Positions 27,083-37,538 of a DNA stretch of 64,000 nt are shown piece after piece. The stretch spans positions 1,568 through 65,567 of the forward strand of contig DWYT01000120.1 of NCBI GenBank assembly GCA_019118545.1. Reading direction: 5' to 3'. This stretch comes from Candidatus Mediterraneibacter merdavium. GTDB lineage: Bacteria; Bacillota; Clostridia; Lachnospirales; Lachnospiraceae. The notes below the pieces were generated by a model. The model was not told where the DNA came from. It searched no databases and worked only from the letters and a program-made list of their open reading frames with translations. Position 1 is the stretch's first letter. Each line of letters opens with the position of its first letter. The position numbers and the translations under genes were made by a program.

Positions 27083-28837
27083 TCACATCCTGCGGAATCT
27101 TTCATATCGTCTCTGTGTCAGCTCATCCGCGTCAACTGCCGCAGTTTTTGCAAGAAAATCTGTAATCTTCTTATCCATATCCCTGCATACGGATTCCATA
27201 TTCGTATCACTGAAATCTTCCGGTTCAGCGATCACCTGCTCAATGATGCCAAGCTGCTTTAAGTCGCCCGCCGTGAGCTTCATCACCTCAGCCGCCTCGC
27301 TGGCGCGTTTGCTGTCTTTCCAGAGGATACTTGCGAAGCCTTCCGGTGAAAGCACGGAGTAGATCGCGTTCTCCAACATCCACACTTCATCGGCAACCGC
27401 CATTGCCAGTGCGCCGCCGCTGCCGCCTTCCCCGATGACTACGGAGAGTACCGGCACCTTGAGTCCGGACAGTTCATAGAGGTTGCGCGCGATCGCCTCG
27501 CCCTGCCCTCTCTCCTCTGCCTCGAGGCCACAGAAAGCTCCCGGGGTATCCACAAAGCAGATAACCGGGCGATGGAACTTCTCCGCCTGCTTCATCAGAC
27601 GCAGCGCCTTGCGGTATCCGTCCGGAGACGGCATAGCAAAGTTGCGGTCCAGATTCTCCTTGGTTGTCTTTCCCTTCGCCTGCGCGATCACTGTCACGGG
27701 CATACCGTGGAAATACGCCACACCGCCCACGATAGCGTGATCGTCTTTGAAATATCTGTCGCCGTGGAACTCCATAAAGTCAGTAAACAGTGCGCCAATA
27801 TAATCCGTCCCAACCGGGCGGTCTTTCTTTCTTGATATCTGTACGCGGTCCCATGCGCTGCGGATGCCGTTCCCTGTGTCCGCGCCGTCTTTTGCCCCCG
27901 TAACGCCCTGTGCGTCTGTATCGGTCTGAGAAACCGGGCGGTCTGCCGTTTCTGCACTTTCTGCCTTATCAATGCTTTCCGGCGTCTTTTCTTCATGGAA
28001 GGCAAGGATCTGCGTCAGAACGTCCTTCATCTCCTCACGCTCCACAATGCGGTCAACGAACCCGTGATCCAGAAGGAACTCTGATCTCTGGAAGCCTTTG
28101 GGCAGCTTCTGGCCGATGGTCTGCTCGATCACACGCGGACCCGCGAATCCGATGAGCGCTTTCGGCTCGGCAAGGATGATGTCGCCCAGCATGGCGAAGC
28201 TCGCTGTCACGCCGCCGGTCGTCGGGTCAGTAAGAACCGTGATGTAAAGCTGTCCTGCATCACTGTGTTTTTTCAGCGCCGCGGACGTCTTTGCCATCTG
28301 CATCAGAGACACAATTCCCTCTTGCATCCTCGCGCCGCCTGAGCATGTGAAGATGATAACCGGAAGTTTTTCCACTGTGGCCCGTTCCACCGCTCTGGCG
28401 ATTTTCTCACCCACGATATGCCCCATGCTGGCCATCATAAACCTGCCGTCGCACACACCGATCACGGCAGGATGTCCGTTTATCGTGATCTTACCCGTCA
28501 CGACCGCCTCGTTAAGCTTCGTGCGCTCCTTTAAATGCTCTACCTTTTCCTCATAGCCTTTGAAATTCAGCGGATTTGCGAACTCCATCTCCTTATCCCA
28601 TTCTTCGAAGGAGCCTTCATCCGCGAGCATTTCCACCCTTCTGTAGGCATGTACACGGAAATACCCTTGGCACTTCGGGCAGATATAATACCCGTTCTTT
28701 ACATCCTCCGCGATGATCGCCGCGCCGCATTTGTTGCATTTTCTGAGAAGTCCCTCAGGCACTTCCGGGCGCTCTGACTTAAGAGGAATATAGTGAGACC
28801 TTTTGCTTGTCTTTTTAAACATATCTTTCAGCTTCAT
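27083..28837 (-). CDS. accDA: Fused acetyl-CoA carboxylase carboxyltransferase beta/alpha (AccD-AccA)
   Basis: Zn finger CNKC...[23 protein letters not shown] (beta); linker; [22 protein letters not shown] (alpha). Confidence 0.93.
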   Translation of the reverse strand: MKLKDMFKKTSKRSHYIPLKSERPEVPEGLLRKCNKCGAAIIAEDVKNGYYICPKCQGYFRVHAYRRVEMLADEGSFEEWDKEMEFANPLNFKGYEEKVEHLKERTKLNEAVVTGKITINGHPAVIGVCDGRFMMASMGHIVGEKIARAVERATVEKLPVIIFTCSGGARMQEGIVSLMQMAKTSAALKKHSDAGQLYITVLTDPTTGGVTASFAMLGDIILAEPKALIGFAGPRVIEQTIGQKLPKGFQRSEFLLDHGFVDRIVEREEMKDVLTQILAFHEEKTPESIDKAESAETADRPVSQTDTDAQGVTGAKDGADTGNGIRSAWDRVQISRKKDRPVGTDYIGALFTDFMEFHGDRYFKDDHAIVGGVAYFHGMPVTVIAQAKGKTTKENLDRNFAMPSPDGYRKALRLMKQAEKFHRPVICFVDTPGAFCGLEAEERGQGEAIARNLYELSGLKVPVLSVVIGEGGSGGALAMAVADEVWMLENAIYSVLSPEGFASILWKDSKRASEAAEVMKLTAGDLKQLGIIEQVIAEPEDFSDTNMESVCRDMDKKITDFLAKTAAVDADELTQRRYERFRRM

Positions 28838-28857
28838 TGGAAATTATCCTCCTGAAT

Positions 28858-30201
28858 TCAGCCCTCGTTTATCTTGGAGATAAACTCAATATCTATATCG
28901 CCTTTTATGAAATCCGGGTGGTTCAGGATCTCATACTGATAGTCTACATTTGTATCGATTCCCTCAATGATCACTTCCCCAAGGGCGCTGCGCATCTTCT
29001 TTATGGCCTCGCTCCGGTTCTTCGCATGGACAATCAGCTTCGCCAGCATGGAATCATAATACGGCGGAACGGTGTATCCGCTGTAGATAGCGGCGTCGAT
29101 GCGCACTCCTTTGCCTCCCGGCAGGTACATGTCTGTGATCGTTCCCGGTGACGGACGGAAGTTCTTCGCAGGATTCTCTGCGTTGATGCGGCACTCTATA
29201 GCATGTCCTGTAATGTGCACGTCCTCCTGCTTATAGCTCAGTTCTCTGCCGTCCGCAATGCGGATCTGCTCTTTTATGAGGTCGATTCCTGTCACCCACT
29301 CGGTCACGGGATGCTCTACCTGAATCCTTGTGTTCATCTCCATAAAGTAGAAGTTCCCGCTCTTCTCAAGAAGAAATTCAATGGTTCCCGCATTTGTGTA
29401 ATGCGCAGCTTTTGCCGCCTTTACCGCAGCCTCGCCCATCTTTTCCCGAAGCTTAGGTGTAAGCGCGATGGACGGGGACTCCTCGATCATCTTCTGGTGG
29501 TTTCTCTGGATCGAACAGTCACGCTCTCCTAAATGGATCACATTCCCGTGCTCATCCGCAAGGATCTGGAACTCGATGTGGCGCGGATGCTGTACGAAAT
29601 GCTCGATATACATCGTATTATCCCCGAACGCCATCTGCGTTTCCTTCTGCGCGGTTTTAAAGCTGTTCTCAAACTCCTCCGGCGTTTCAGCAACCCTCAT
29701 TCCTTTTCCGCCGCCGCCAAGGGCAGCTTTTACGATGACCGGATATCCGATCTCTGCCGCCACACGCGCGCCTGTCTGCGCGTCATAGATCGGCTCATTG
29801 CTTCCCGGGATAACAGGAACGCCTGCGTTCACCATAGTATTTCTCGCCTCGGATTTATTTCCAAGGCTCTGGATAACTTCAGATTTCGGTCCGATAAATG
29901 TAATGTTGCACTGCTCGCACAGCTCCGCAAACTTGCTGTTCTCGGAGAGAAAACCAAATCCCGGATGAATGGCATCCGCACCGGATACCAGTGTGGCGCT
30001 GATGATGTTGTTCATATTCAGATAGCTTTCAGAAGACGGCGCCGGTCCGATACAGATTGCCTCGTCTGCAAGCTGCGTGTGCAGGGCCTCTCTGTCAGCC
30101 TCGGAGTATACCGCCACTGTCTCGATCCCCATCTCACGGCATGCGCGGATGATACGCACAGCGATCTCCCCGCGGTTCGCAATCAATACTTTTTCAATCA
30201 T
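28858..30201 (-). CDS. accC: Biotin carboxylase
   Basis: ANRGEIA, GGGGKGMR, ERDCSIQR, EMNTRIQVEH. Confidence 0.96.
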   Translation of the reverse strand: MIEKVLIANRGEIAVRIIRACREMGIETVAVYSEADREALHTQLADEAICIGPAPSSESYLNMNNIISATLVSGADAIHPGFGFLSENSKFAELCEQCNITFIGPKSEVIQSLGNKSEARNTMVNAGVPVIPGSNEPIYDAQTGARVAAEIGYPVIVKAALGGGGKGMRVAETPEEFENSFKTAQKETQMAFGDNTMYIEHFVQHPRHIEFQILADEHGNVIHLGERDCSIQRNHQKMIEESPSIALTPKLREKMGEAAVKAAKAAHYTNAGTIEFLLEKSGNFYFMEMNTRIQVEHPVTEWVTGIDLIKEQIRIADGRELSYKQEDVHITGHAIECRINAENPAKNFRPSPGTITDMYLPGGKGVRIDAAIYSGYTVPPYYDSMLAKLIVHAKNRSEAIKKMRSALGEVIIEGIDTNVDYQYEILNHPDFIKGDIDIEFISKINEG

Positions 30202-30208
30202 CTCTCAT

Positions 30209-30640
30209 TTACTCCCCTACCATGAATGTCAGCTCCGCGCTGACAACTACTTTACCGTCAACAGATGCAACAGCCTCTCCAACTCCTACAGGCCCCTTCC
30301 TCTTGATGATCTTTGTCTCCAGCTTCAGAGTATCCCCCGGGAACACCATTCCTTTGAAACGGCATTTTGAAACGCCGCCAAAGAACGCGATCTTACCCTG
30401 ATTCTCCGGTACGCTTAAGATGGCGACGGCCCCTGCCTGAGCCAGTGCCTCAAGGATAAGTACGCCCGGCATCACCGGCTTCTGCGGAAAATGTCCCTTA
30501 AAGAAATCTTCTCTGTATGTCACTGCCTTATACGCGACCGCATATTCCCCCGGCTCGTAATCTTCGACCTTGTCAATCAGGAGAAACGGGTGCCTGTGGG
30601 GAATGATCTCCTGAATCTGCTCTATATTCAAACTGTTCAT
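30209..30640 (-). CDS. fabZ: 3-hydroxyacyl-ACP dehydratase
   Basis: PHRHPFLLID and FFKGHFP-x3-MPGVLILEALAQ. Confidence 0.95.
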   Translation of the reverse strand: MNSLNIEQIQEIIPHRHPFLLIDKVEDYEPGEYAVAYKAVTYREDFFKGHFPQKPVMPGVLILEALAQAGAVAILSVPENQGKIAFFGGVSKCRFKGMVFPGDTLKLETKIIKRKGPVGVGEAVASVDGKVVVSAELTFMVGE

Positions 30641-30676
30641 ATCTCACACCTCTGTTTTTTATGATACTTCCACCGG

Positions 30677-31186
30677 TTAGCTGATTACGAAAAGTGGCTG
30701 TCCGAATTCTACCGCCTGACCGTTTTCTACAAGGATCTCTGTCACTGTTCCCGAGAAATCGCTCTCGATCTCGTTCATCAGCTTCATGGCTTCAACGATT
30801 GCCAGTACCTGTCCTTCTTTGACGCTGTCTCCCACTTTTACAAAAGGTGCTGCATCCTCAGCCGGAGCCGCGTAAAATGTGCCAACGAGCGGAGACTTCA
30901 CCACATTTCCTGCCGGTGCTGCCGGCGTTTCTGCCGCCGACGCTGTCTCTGCCGCTCCTACAGACGCTGCTGCGGGAGTCGCTGCCGGAGTCGGCGCAGG
31001 CGCCGCCATTGGGATAGGAGCCGCCGGAATCGGGGCCGGGGCAACCGGGGCAGCCGGTATCACGGTTACTTCTTTTCCGGTTGTTTTCTTAAGAGACAGT
31101 TTTACACCGTCATTTTCATATTTAAACTCTGTCAGTTCAGAAGCTGACACGGCGTCAATAAGCTGTAATATCTGTTCCACTTTCAT
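30677..31186 (-). CDS. accB: Biotin carboxyl carrier protein
   Basis: EAMKLMNEI biotinylation motif; Pro/Ala linker. Confidence 0.95.
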   Translation of the reverse strand: MKVEQILQLIDAVSASELTEFKYENDGVKLSLKKTTGKEVTVIPAAPVAPAPIPAAPIPMAAPAPTPAATPAAASVGAAETASAAETPAAPAGNVVKSPLVGTFYAAPAEDAAPFVKVGDSVKEGQVLAIVEAMKLMNEIESDFSGTVTEILVENGQAVEFGQPLFVIS

Positions 31187-31258
31187 ATTATTTTTCCTCT
31201 CTTACCGGGGCAGCCGGTATCAATCCATGACTATTTCCATCTAATCTGTATTAAAAAA

Positions 31259-32497
31259 TCAGTCCTCAAACTTCTTCACGAGCAGCGTCGCGTTGTGTCC
31301 GCCAAAACCCAGTGAGTTAGTAAGCACATAATTGACGTCCTTTTCAACCGGAGCGCCTACTGCGTAGTTCAGGTCACATTCGGGATCTACATTCTCTGTT
31401 CCCATTGTCTGGTGGATGAAGCCGTCCTGAATACTCTTTACACAGACAACGAACTCCACACCGCCTGCCGCGCCGAGCAGATGTCCGATCATGGACTTTG
31501 TAGAGTTGATAACAACATCCTTTGCCGCGTCTCCGAGAGCCAGCTTGATCGCCTTTGTCTCGAACAGGTCATTGTGATGTGTGCTTGTTCCGTGCGCGTT
31601 GATGTAATCGATCTGCTCCGGAGCCACCTCCGCCTCTTTCATTGCGAGCTTCATTGCCATACCCGCGCCCTCTCCGTCTTCTGCCGGAGAAGTGATATGG
31701 TAGGCATCGCCTGTCGCTCCGTATCCCACGAGCTCAGCATAGATCTTCGCGCCTCTCGCCTTCGCGTGCTCCAGCGCCTCGAGAACAACGATACCGGAAC
31801 CCTCGCCCAGAACAAATCCGTCCCTGTCCTTGTCAAACGGGCGGGAAGCATGCTCAGGATCATTTGTTGTTGACAGCGCTGTCAGGGAAGTAAAGCCTGC
31901 AACACCTGTCGGACAGATAGAAGCCTCTGTACCGCCTGCAACCATCACGTCAGCGTCGCCGTACTGAATGGCGCGGAACGCGTCTCCAATGCAGTGCGTA
32001 CCGGATGCGCATGCTGTCACCACATTCGTACACTTCCCTTTTAAACCAAGCTGGATTGAAATATTTCCCGCCGCCATGTTGGAGATCATCAGCGGCACCA
32101 TCAGCGGATTTACCTTGTTCGGCCCTTTTGTGATGATCTTCTCATAGTTGGCCTCCACACACTGAAGGCTTCCAATACCGGAGCCTACGATCACGCCCAC
32201 TCTGAACGGATCCTCCTTCTCCATGTCAACGCCTGAATCCTCAAATGCTTCTTTTGCCGCGGCTACCGCATACTGTGAGAACAGCTCCATTCTCTTTGCC
32301 GCTTTGAAGTCCATACGCTCTTTCGCAACAAAATCTTTCACCTCTGCGGCGATCTGCACCTTATACTCAGATGCGTCAAACTTTGTGATCGGTCCAATAC
32401 CGACCTTGCCTTCCTTGATTCCTGCCCAGAACTCCTCCACCGTATTTCCGATCGGTGTCACAGCTCCAAGACCTGTCACTACAACTCTTCTCTTCAT
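31259..32497 (-). CDS. fabF: Beta-ketoacyl-ACP synthase II
   Basis: MKRRVVVTGLG, TACASG, NAHGTST, GHLLGAAG, NSLGFGGHN. Confidence 0.96.
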   Translation of the reverse strand: MKRRVVVTGLGAVTPIGNTVEEFWAGIKEGKVGIGPITKFDASEYKVQIAAEVKDFVAKERMDFKAAKRMELFSQYAVAAAKEAFEDSGVDMEKEDPFRVGVIVGSGIGSLQCVEANYEKIITKGPNKVNPLMVPLMISNMAAGNISIQLGLKGKCTNVVTACASGTHCIGDAFRAIQYGDADVMVAGGTEASICPTGVAGFTSLTALSTTNDPEHASRPFDKDRDGFVLGEGSGIVVLEALEHAKARGAKIYAELVGYGATGDAYHITSPAEDGEGAGMAMKLAMKEAEVAPEQIDYINAHGTSTHHNDLFETKAIKLALGDAAKDVVINSTKSMIGHLLGAAGGVEFVVCVKSIQDGFIHQTMGTENVDPECDLNYAVGAPVEKDVNYVLTNSLGFGGHNATLLVKKFED

Positions 32498-32590
32498 ATC
32501 TCTGCCCTTTCTGCCGAAGAACCTCCCCGACAACTCTGTCATTTCATCTCACTATTATTGGACGATAAATCCTCGTCCAAACTACTCAGC

Positions 32591-32880
32591 TAAAGTTCTT
32601 ACTTCCTCATAAAAAAATTTTTCTCAACGCCGTCAACTCCTGCATCATTACAGGTTTCCTCCGATTTACGGAAATGAGGAACAATGTTGTCACGGAGGAC
32701 CGTAGAGGAACGCCGGTACTTAGCACGCGTCTTTTGCGGGCCTAGTACCGCTGCGTTCCGTCCCGAGCGAAAGCGCGTCCGACGGGACAATATCGTTTCT
32801 CAATTCCTGTATAATCCGATGAAAGCTTCCGCAGCGATGGTCGATACTGAAATCTGCGTTCCATATTGAAAAGAAACTTT
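32591..32880 (+). repeat. About 290-nt rod-like structured element between fabG and fabF
   Basis: TACGGAAATGAGGAACAATGTTGTC (from 32667) pairs with GACAATATCGTTTCTCAATTCCTGTA (to 32811); inner GGAACGC..GGTACT / AGTACC..GCGTTCC stem; GC-GAAA-GC hairpin. Confidence 0.65.
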
Positions 32881-32884
32881 GATT

Positions 32885-33625
32885 TTACATCGCCATTCCG
32901 CCGTCCACATTGATCACCTGTCCGGTGATATACCTTGCCCCTTCAGAAGCGAGGAATACCACTGCATTTGCGATATCTTCCGTCTCCCCGAATTTTCCCA
33001 TGGGGATCTGTGCTACAGCGCCTTCTTTCACTTTATCGGAAAGCACCTCTGTCATCTCTGTGTTGATGAATCCCGGCGCGATCGCGTTTACTGTGACGCC
33101 GCGGCTTGCAAGCTCTCTCGCCGCTGACTTTGTCAGTCCGATCACACCTGCCTTGGATGCGGAGTAGTTTGCCTGTCCTGCGTTTCCAAGGACGCCGGAT
33201 ACGGATGACATGTTGATGATGCGTCCGCCTCTCTGCTTGATCATCTGCCTTGCCACGAAACGAATGCAGTTAAACGTTCCCTTAAGATTCGTGTCAAGAA
33301 CCGCATCATAATCCTCCTCAGACATCTTCATCAGAAGTCCATCCTTTGTGATGCCAGCGTTATTTACGAGGATATCCACGCTTCCCAGTTCAGCGACGAT
33401 CTCTTTAAACATCTCCTCGCAGGCACCGTAATCTGACACATTACACTGTTTGATCTCTGCTTTGCCGCCTGCCGCTTCAATCTCTGCCTTTACTGCCTCA
33501 GCGCGCTCCTTCGAACCATTGTAATTGATCACGACTGTGGCTCCCTCGCCTGCCAGCTTGATGGCAACCGCCCTTCCGATCCCTCTGGAAGCGCCTGTCA
33601 CTACTGCAACTTTTCCATTTAACAT
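32885..33625 (-). CDS. fabG: 3-oxoacyl-ACP reductase
   Basis: [19 protein letters not shown]. Confidence 0.95.
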   Translation of the reverse strand: MLNGKVAVVTGASRGIGRAVAIKLAGEGATVVINYNGSKERAEAVKAEIEAAGGKAEIKQCNVSDYGACEEMFKEIVAELGSVDILVNNAGITKDGLLMKMSEEDYDAVLDTNLKGTFNCIRFVARQMIKQRGGRIINMSSVSGVLGNAGQANYSASKAGVIGLTKSAARELASRGVTVNAIAPGFINTEMTEVLSDKVKEGAVAQIPMGKFGETEDIANAVVFLASEGARYITGQVINVDGGMAM

Positions 33626-34539
33626 AATTCACTTACCACCTTGTCTACATCTTCCCATGTGCCTACATTGTAAACCTTTACGTCGCGGCTGATCTTGCGC
33701 ATGAAACCTGCCAGAGTCTTGCCCGGTCCGATCTCCACGAATATATCCACGCCATCCGCGATCATGTTCTCCACGCTCTGCTGCCATCTTACGGAAGATG
33801 CCACCTGCTTTGCGAGGAGAGCCTTTGTCTCTGTGATATCTGTCACATACCCTGCCGTTACGTTCGTCACATACGGGATCATAAGCGGAGATACCTCTAC
33901 ATTTTCAAGAACTTTTCCAAGCTCCTCTCCCGCCTCTGTCAGCATCGGAGAATGGAACGGCCCGCTCACATTCAGCGGTAGCACTCTCTTCGCACCTGCT
34001 TCTTTGAGGACTTCTGACGCTTTCTCCACGCTCTCTTTCCAGCCTGTGATGACGATCTGTCCCGGGCAGTTATAATTCGCGATACTCACACCGTCGATCC
34101 CTTCGATAGCTTTCTCGATCGCTTCACCTGTCAGTCCGAGGACTGCCGCCATGGAGCCTTTGCCGCCCGGCACGGCATTCTGCATGAGGATACCGCGTTT
34201 TCTCACAGTCGTGATGGCATCCTCTGTGCTCATGCCGCCCGCGGAAGCGATGGCGCAGTATTCGCCGAGGCTTAATCCGGCGGTAACATCCGCCTTCAAC
34301 CCGCGCTCTCTTAATACATGCTCCATTGCCATACATACTGTCACAAGAGCTGCCTGCGTGTACTCTGTCTGATCCAGACGGTCGTTTTCCTCAAAACACA
34401 GCTCTTTCATATCTATATCCAGCAGTTCAGATGCTCTGTCGATCACCTGTCTTGCTGTTTCACTCTGCTCATAAAAATCTTTGCCCATTCCGGCTTTCTG
34501 CGCTCCCTGTCCCGGGAACATAAATGCGATCTTACTCAT
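33619..34539 (-). CDS. fabD: Malonyl-CoA:ACP transacylase
   Basis: FPGQGAQ, GLSLGEY, VSGPFHS. Confidence 0.95.
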   Translation of the reverse strand: MSKIAFMFPGQGAQKAGMGKDFYEQSETARQVIDRASELLDIDMKELCFEENDRLDQTEYTQAALVTVCMAMEHVLRERGLKADVTAGLSLGEYCAIASAGGMSTEDAITTVRKRGILMQNAVPGGKGSMAAVLGLTGEAIEKAIEGIDGVSIANYNCPGQIVITGWKESVEKASEVLKEAGAKRVLPLNVSGPFHSPMLTEAGEELGKVLENVEVSPLMIPYVTNVTAGYVTDITETKALLAKQVASSVRWQQSVENMIADGVDIFVEIGPGKTLAGFMRKISRDVKVYNVGTWEDVDKVVSELC

Positions 34540-35470
34540 AGAACCCTTTTCCTCCGATCAGCTCGTCCGTCTCCTTCACCAGCTTCTGGATCAGGTCATG
34601 GCATGACATCTTCTCTTTTACCATACCCGCGATCTGTCCTGCCATTACACTTCCAGTCTTCACATCTCCGTCTACGACAGCTTTTCTCAAGCCGCCCAGA
34701 GTGAGGAGTTCCAGTTCTTCGAACGGAACGCCTGCCTGCTCCTTCTCCAGATATTCTTTTGTCATCTGGTTCCTTAAGGCTCTAACCGGGTGTCCCGTGG
34801 AACGTCCTGTTACCCTTGAGTCGATATCCCTTGCCTTGATGATCATATCCTTATAATTTTCATGAACCTGAGATTCATCCGTAACCACAAAGTGAGTTCC
34901 CATCTGTACGCCCTGCGCGCCCAGCATGAATGCCGCCGCGATTCCTCTGCCGTCGGCGATCCCGCCCGCCGCGATGACCGGGACGCTCACTGCATCCACG
35001 ACCTGAGGTACAAGTACCATTGTCGTGTTCTCACCGATGTGTCCGCCAGCCTCTGTTCCCTCTGCCACAAGAGCGTCCGCGCCGCATCTCTCCATACGCT
35101 TCGCAAGCGCTACGGATGCGATGACCGGGATAACCTTTACTCCGGCTTCTTTCCACATCTTCATGTATTTCTCCGGGGAACCAGCGCCTGTCGTAACGAC
35201 CTTCACGCCCTCCTCCACGATCACTTTTGCCACGTCGTCCGCATACGGACTCATGAGCATGATGTTTACGCCAAACGGCTTGTCAGTCAGCTTCTTTGCT
35301 TCTCTGACCTGTTCACGCACCCAGTCAGCCGGCGCGCTCGCAGCACCGATCAACCCCAGACCGCCGGCTTCGGATACGGCGGCTGCGAGATGATACTCAG
35401 CAACCCATGCCATTCCTCCCTGAATGATCGGATATTCGATTCCCAATAATTCGGTTACTTTTGTTTTCAT
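34532..35470 (-). CDS. fabK: Enoyl-ACP reductase II
   Basis: PIIQGGMAWV, EGTEAGGHIG, AAGGIADGRG, MAGQIAG. Confidence 0.93.
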   Translation of the reverse strand: MKTKVTELLGIEYPIIQGGMAWVAEYHLAAAVSEAGGLGLIGAASAPADWVREQVREAKKLTDKPFGVNIMLMSPYADDVAKVIVEEGVKVVTTGAGSPEKYMKMWKEAGVKVIPVIASVALAKRMERCGADALVAEGTEAGGHIGENTTMVLVPQVVDAVSVPVIAAGGIADGRGIAAAFMLGAQGVQMGTHFVVTDESQVHENYKDMIIKARDIDSRVTGRSTGHPVRALRNQMTKEYLEKEQAGVPFEELELLTLGGLRKAVVDGDVKTGSVMAGQIAGMVKEKMSCHDLIQKLVKETDELIGGKGFYE

Positions 35471-35550
35471 ACTACACAACCCTTCTCAAAATTTTATCAA
35501 TGCCCGCGATGGTCATTCCGCCGCGGGCCTATGTCTGCTTTACTTCTTTT

Positions 35551-35775
35551 TTATTTATGTGCTTCGAGATATTTTACCACATCACCAATCGTAAGGATCT
35601 GCTCCAGATCTTCTGACGGGATCTCTACCTCGAACTCTTCTTCAAATGCCATTACCATCTCAAACAGGTCAAGGGAATCTGCCCCCAGATCCTCTTTGAA
35701 GGATGTCTCCTCTGTGAGTGTTGCTTCATCAGCGTTTAATGATTCTGCTACGATTTCTTTGATCTTCTCTAACAT
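35551..35775 (-). CDS. acpP: Acyl carrier protein
   Basis: DLGADSLD phosphopantetheine site. Confidence 0.96.
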   Translation of the reverse strand: MLEKIKEIVAESLNADEATLTEETSFKEDLGADSLDLFEMVMAFEEEFEVEIPSEDLEQILTIGDVVKYLEAHK

Positions 35776-35844
35776 GGTTTTCTTTTCCTTTCTTAAATAA
35801 AATACTTTTATCTGTAATCCGGCTCATGCCGGGAATTACTAAAT

Positions 35845-36807
35845 TTACCACTCAAATAAGCTTGCCGCCCATGTAAGTCCTGCCCCAAATCCTGAAAGCA
35901 TGACCTTTTGTCCCTTTTTGAACATTCCTTTCCTGTTCATCTCATCTAAAAGGATCGGCACCGTCGCCCCTGATGTATTGGCATACTCTTCAAGATTCAT
36001 GGGGAATCTTGAAACATCCGTCTTAAGCCTCTTCGCCACCGCCTCAATAATCCTGCGGTTGGCCTGATGGAGAACAAAATAGTCAATCTCATCCAAACTC
36101 ATCTGCGCCTGTCCAAGCACTTCCTCAATGATCTCCGGAACTTTACGAACCGCGAACTTGAACACGCCCTGCCCATCCATATGGATGTAGGATTCTTTGT
36201 CTTCCTTGTCTGCATCCCAACCCTTACGGTGTCTGCTGAGTCCTGTGAGGGCCACACTCTTCATACCGTCGGAATGAGCCGCCATATGCACCGGAGCGCC
36301 TTCTTCAGCTTTTAAAATAACCGCTCCCGCCCCGTCACCGAAAAGGATACATGTGCTCCGATCCGTCCAGTCCACCATATTGCTCATGCTGTCTGCTCCG
36401 ATCACAAGGACTGTACGGCTAAGTCCCGCGCTTATGTATGCCTGCGCCGTATTGAATGCAAGCACAAATCCTGTGCATGCCGCATTCAGATCATACCCTG
36501 CCGCGTTCACTGCGCCGATCGTTTTCTGCACCTCACACGCCGCGCACGGAAACACCGTCTCAGAAGAAGATGTTGCGAGCAGAATCAGATCAATCTCCGC
36601 CGGATCAATACCGCTCATCTCAACCGCTTTTTTCGCAGCTTGTCCCGCCATGTAGGAAGTCGTCTCTTCTTCAATGATATGTCTTCTTCCTATCCCAGTT
36701 CTCTCCCGTATCCACTCATCATTCGTGTCCACGATCTTCGCAAGGTCGTCGTTATCCATCACACGCGGGGGTACATAGGAGCCGGTTCCATAAATCTTTC
36801 CTACCAT
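35845..36807 (-). CDS. fabH: Beta-ketoacyl-ACP synthase III
   Basis: AACTGF, FGDGAGA, HQANRRI, ANTS, GFGAGLTW. Confidence 0.95.
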   Translation of the reverse strand: MVGKIYGTGSYVPPRVMDNDDLAKIVDTNDEWIRERTGIGRRHIIEEETTSYMAGQAAKKAVEMSGIDPAEIDLILLATSSSETVFPCAACEVQKTIGAVNAAGYDLNAACTGFVLAFNTAQAYISAGLSRTVLVIGADSMSNMVDWTDRSTCILFGDGAGAVILKAEEGAPVHMAAHSDGMKSVALTGLSRHRKGWDADKEDKESYIHMDGQGVFKFAVRKVPEIIEEVLGQAQMSLDEIDYFVLHQANRRIIEAVAKRLKTDVSRFPMNLEEYANTSGATVPILLDEMNRKGMFKKGQKVMLSGFGAGLTWAASLFEW

Positions 36808-36834
36808 TTTCTATTCTCCAAATCCGCCAAAATT

Positions 36835-36892
36835 ACTTTGAACCTTAAATACTTTGACTATCAAAGTATATCATATAGAAACTGTTTGTCAA
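36835..36892 (-). promoter_or_regulatory. fab operon promoter with overlapping FabT-type operator
   Basis: TTGACA-16 nt-TATACT with extended TG; palindrome ATACTTTGA-CTA-TCAAAGTAT (36849-36869) and a weaker adjacent copy. Confidence 0.75.
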
Positions 36893-36927
36893 TACGTTTC
36901 CCATAATGTTTCTGTAACATTTTTCGA

Positions 36928-37243
36928 CACAGTTCAGGCATACACCAACTGCGAATGCAGATCGTGCTTGCACGAGTCTGCAAGCAGGTGCGTGTATGTG
37001 CTGAGCGCCTTTTAATGAGTAAAACGGTGGCGGCAGCCACGATAAGCACGTTAGTGCGGTTTTACGAATGGCGCTCCCTGAACTGTGCATGTACTGACAG
37101 GCATACAGATGGACGAAACGTACAAAACATGCTCGCATGTTTTTGCGAGCGGACATCTGTATGAGTTGAGCGCCTTTTAATGAGTAAAACAGTGGCGGCA
37201 GCCACGATAAGCACGTTAGTGCGATTTTACGAATGGCGCTCCC
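36928..37243 (+). repeat. Two tandem structured repeat units (about 165-nt period)
   Basis: 77-nt block at 37002-37078 and 37167-37243 with 2 differences; each preceded by CAGGCATACA and a divergent hairpin. Confidence 0.85.
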
Positions 37244-37538
37244 CGGATCACATAAAAAATGCAATGATTTCTGGCATTATATTGCCGCTCACCCCCATTT
37301 GTGCTATCATGTCTCCAACCTTAAAAAGCGGTCTTTCTGACCACAGGCTGTATCTGTTAATCTTGTCATTTTCGACGCCTGTATTCCGGGCAAGAATCCG
37401 ACAATGAAACGCATGGAACGACTACATACCGGAAGAAACGAAACTGTCTTTACACAATCAAAAGATATGTTAAAATAGAAACAGATATAAGGTTCTTCCC
37501 GGAAACGCCTTCGTTCCCACAAAAGAAAGGAGAATCTT

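Noticed and set aside
32599-32869. Small ORFs between fabG and fabF
   Set aside because: They lie within the inverted-repeat element and lack protein features
36928-37243. CRISPR array
   Set aside because: Only two 77-nt repeats, the spacer is itself a hairpin, and there are no cas genes
36845-37264. 139-aa minus-strand ORF with an internal repeat, and other small ORFs here
   Set aside because: Translation of the non-coding repeats; it also runs over the fab promoter
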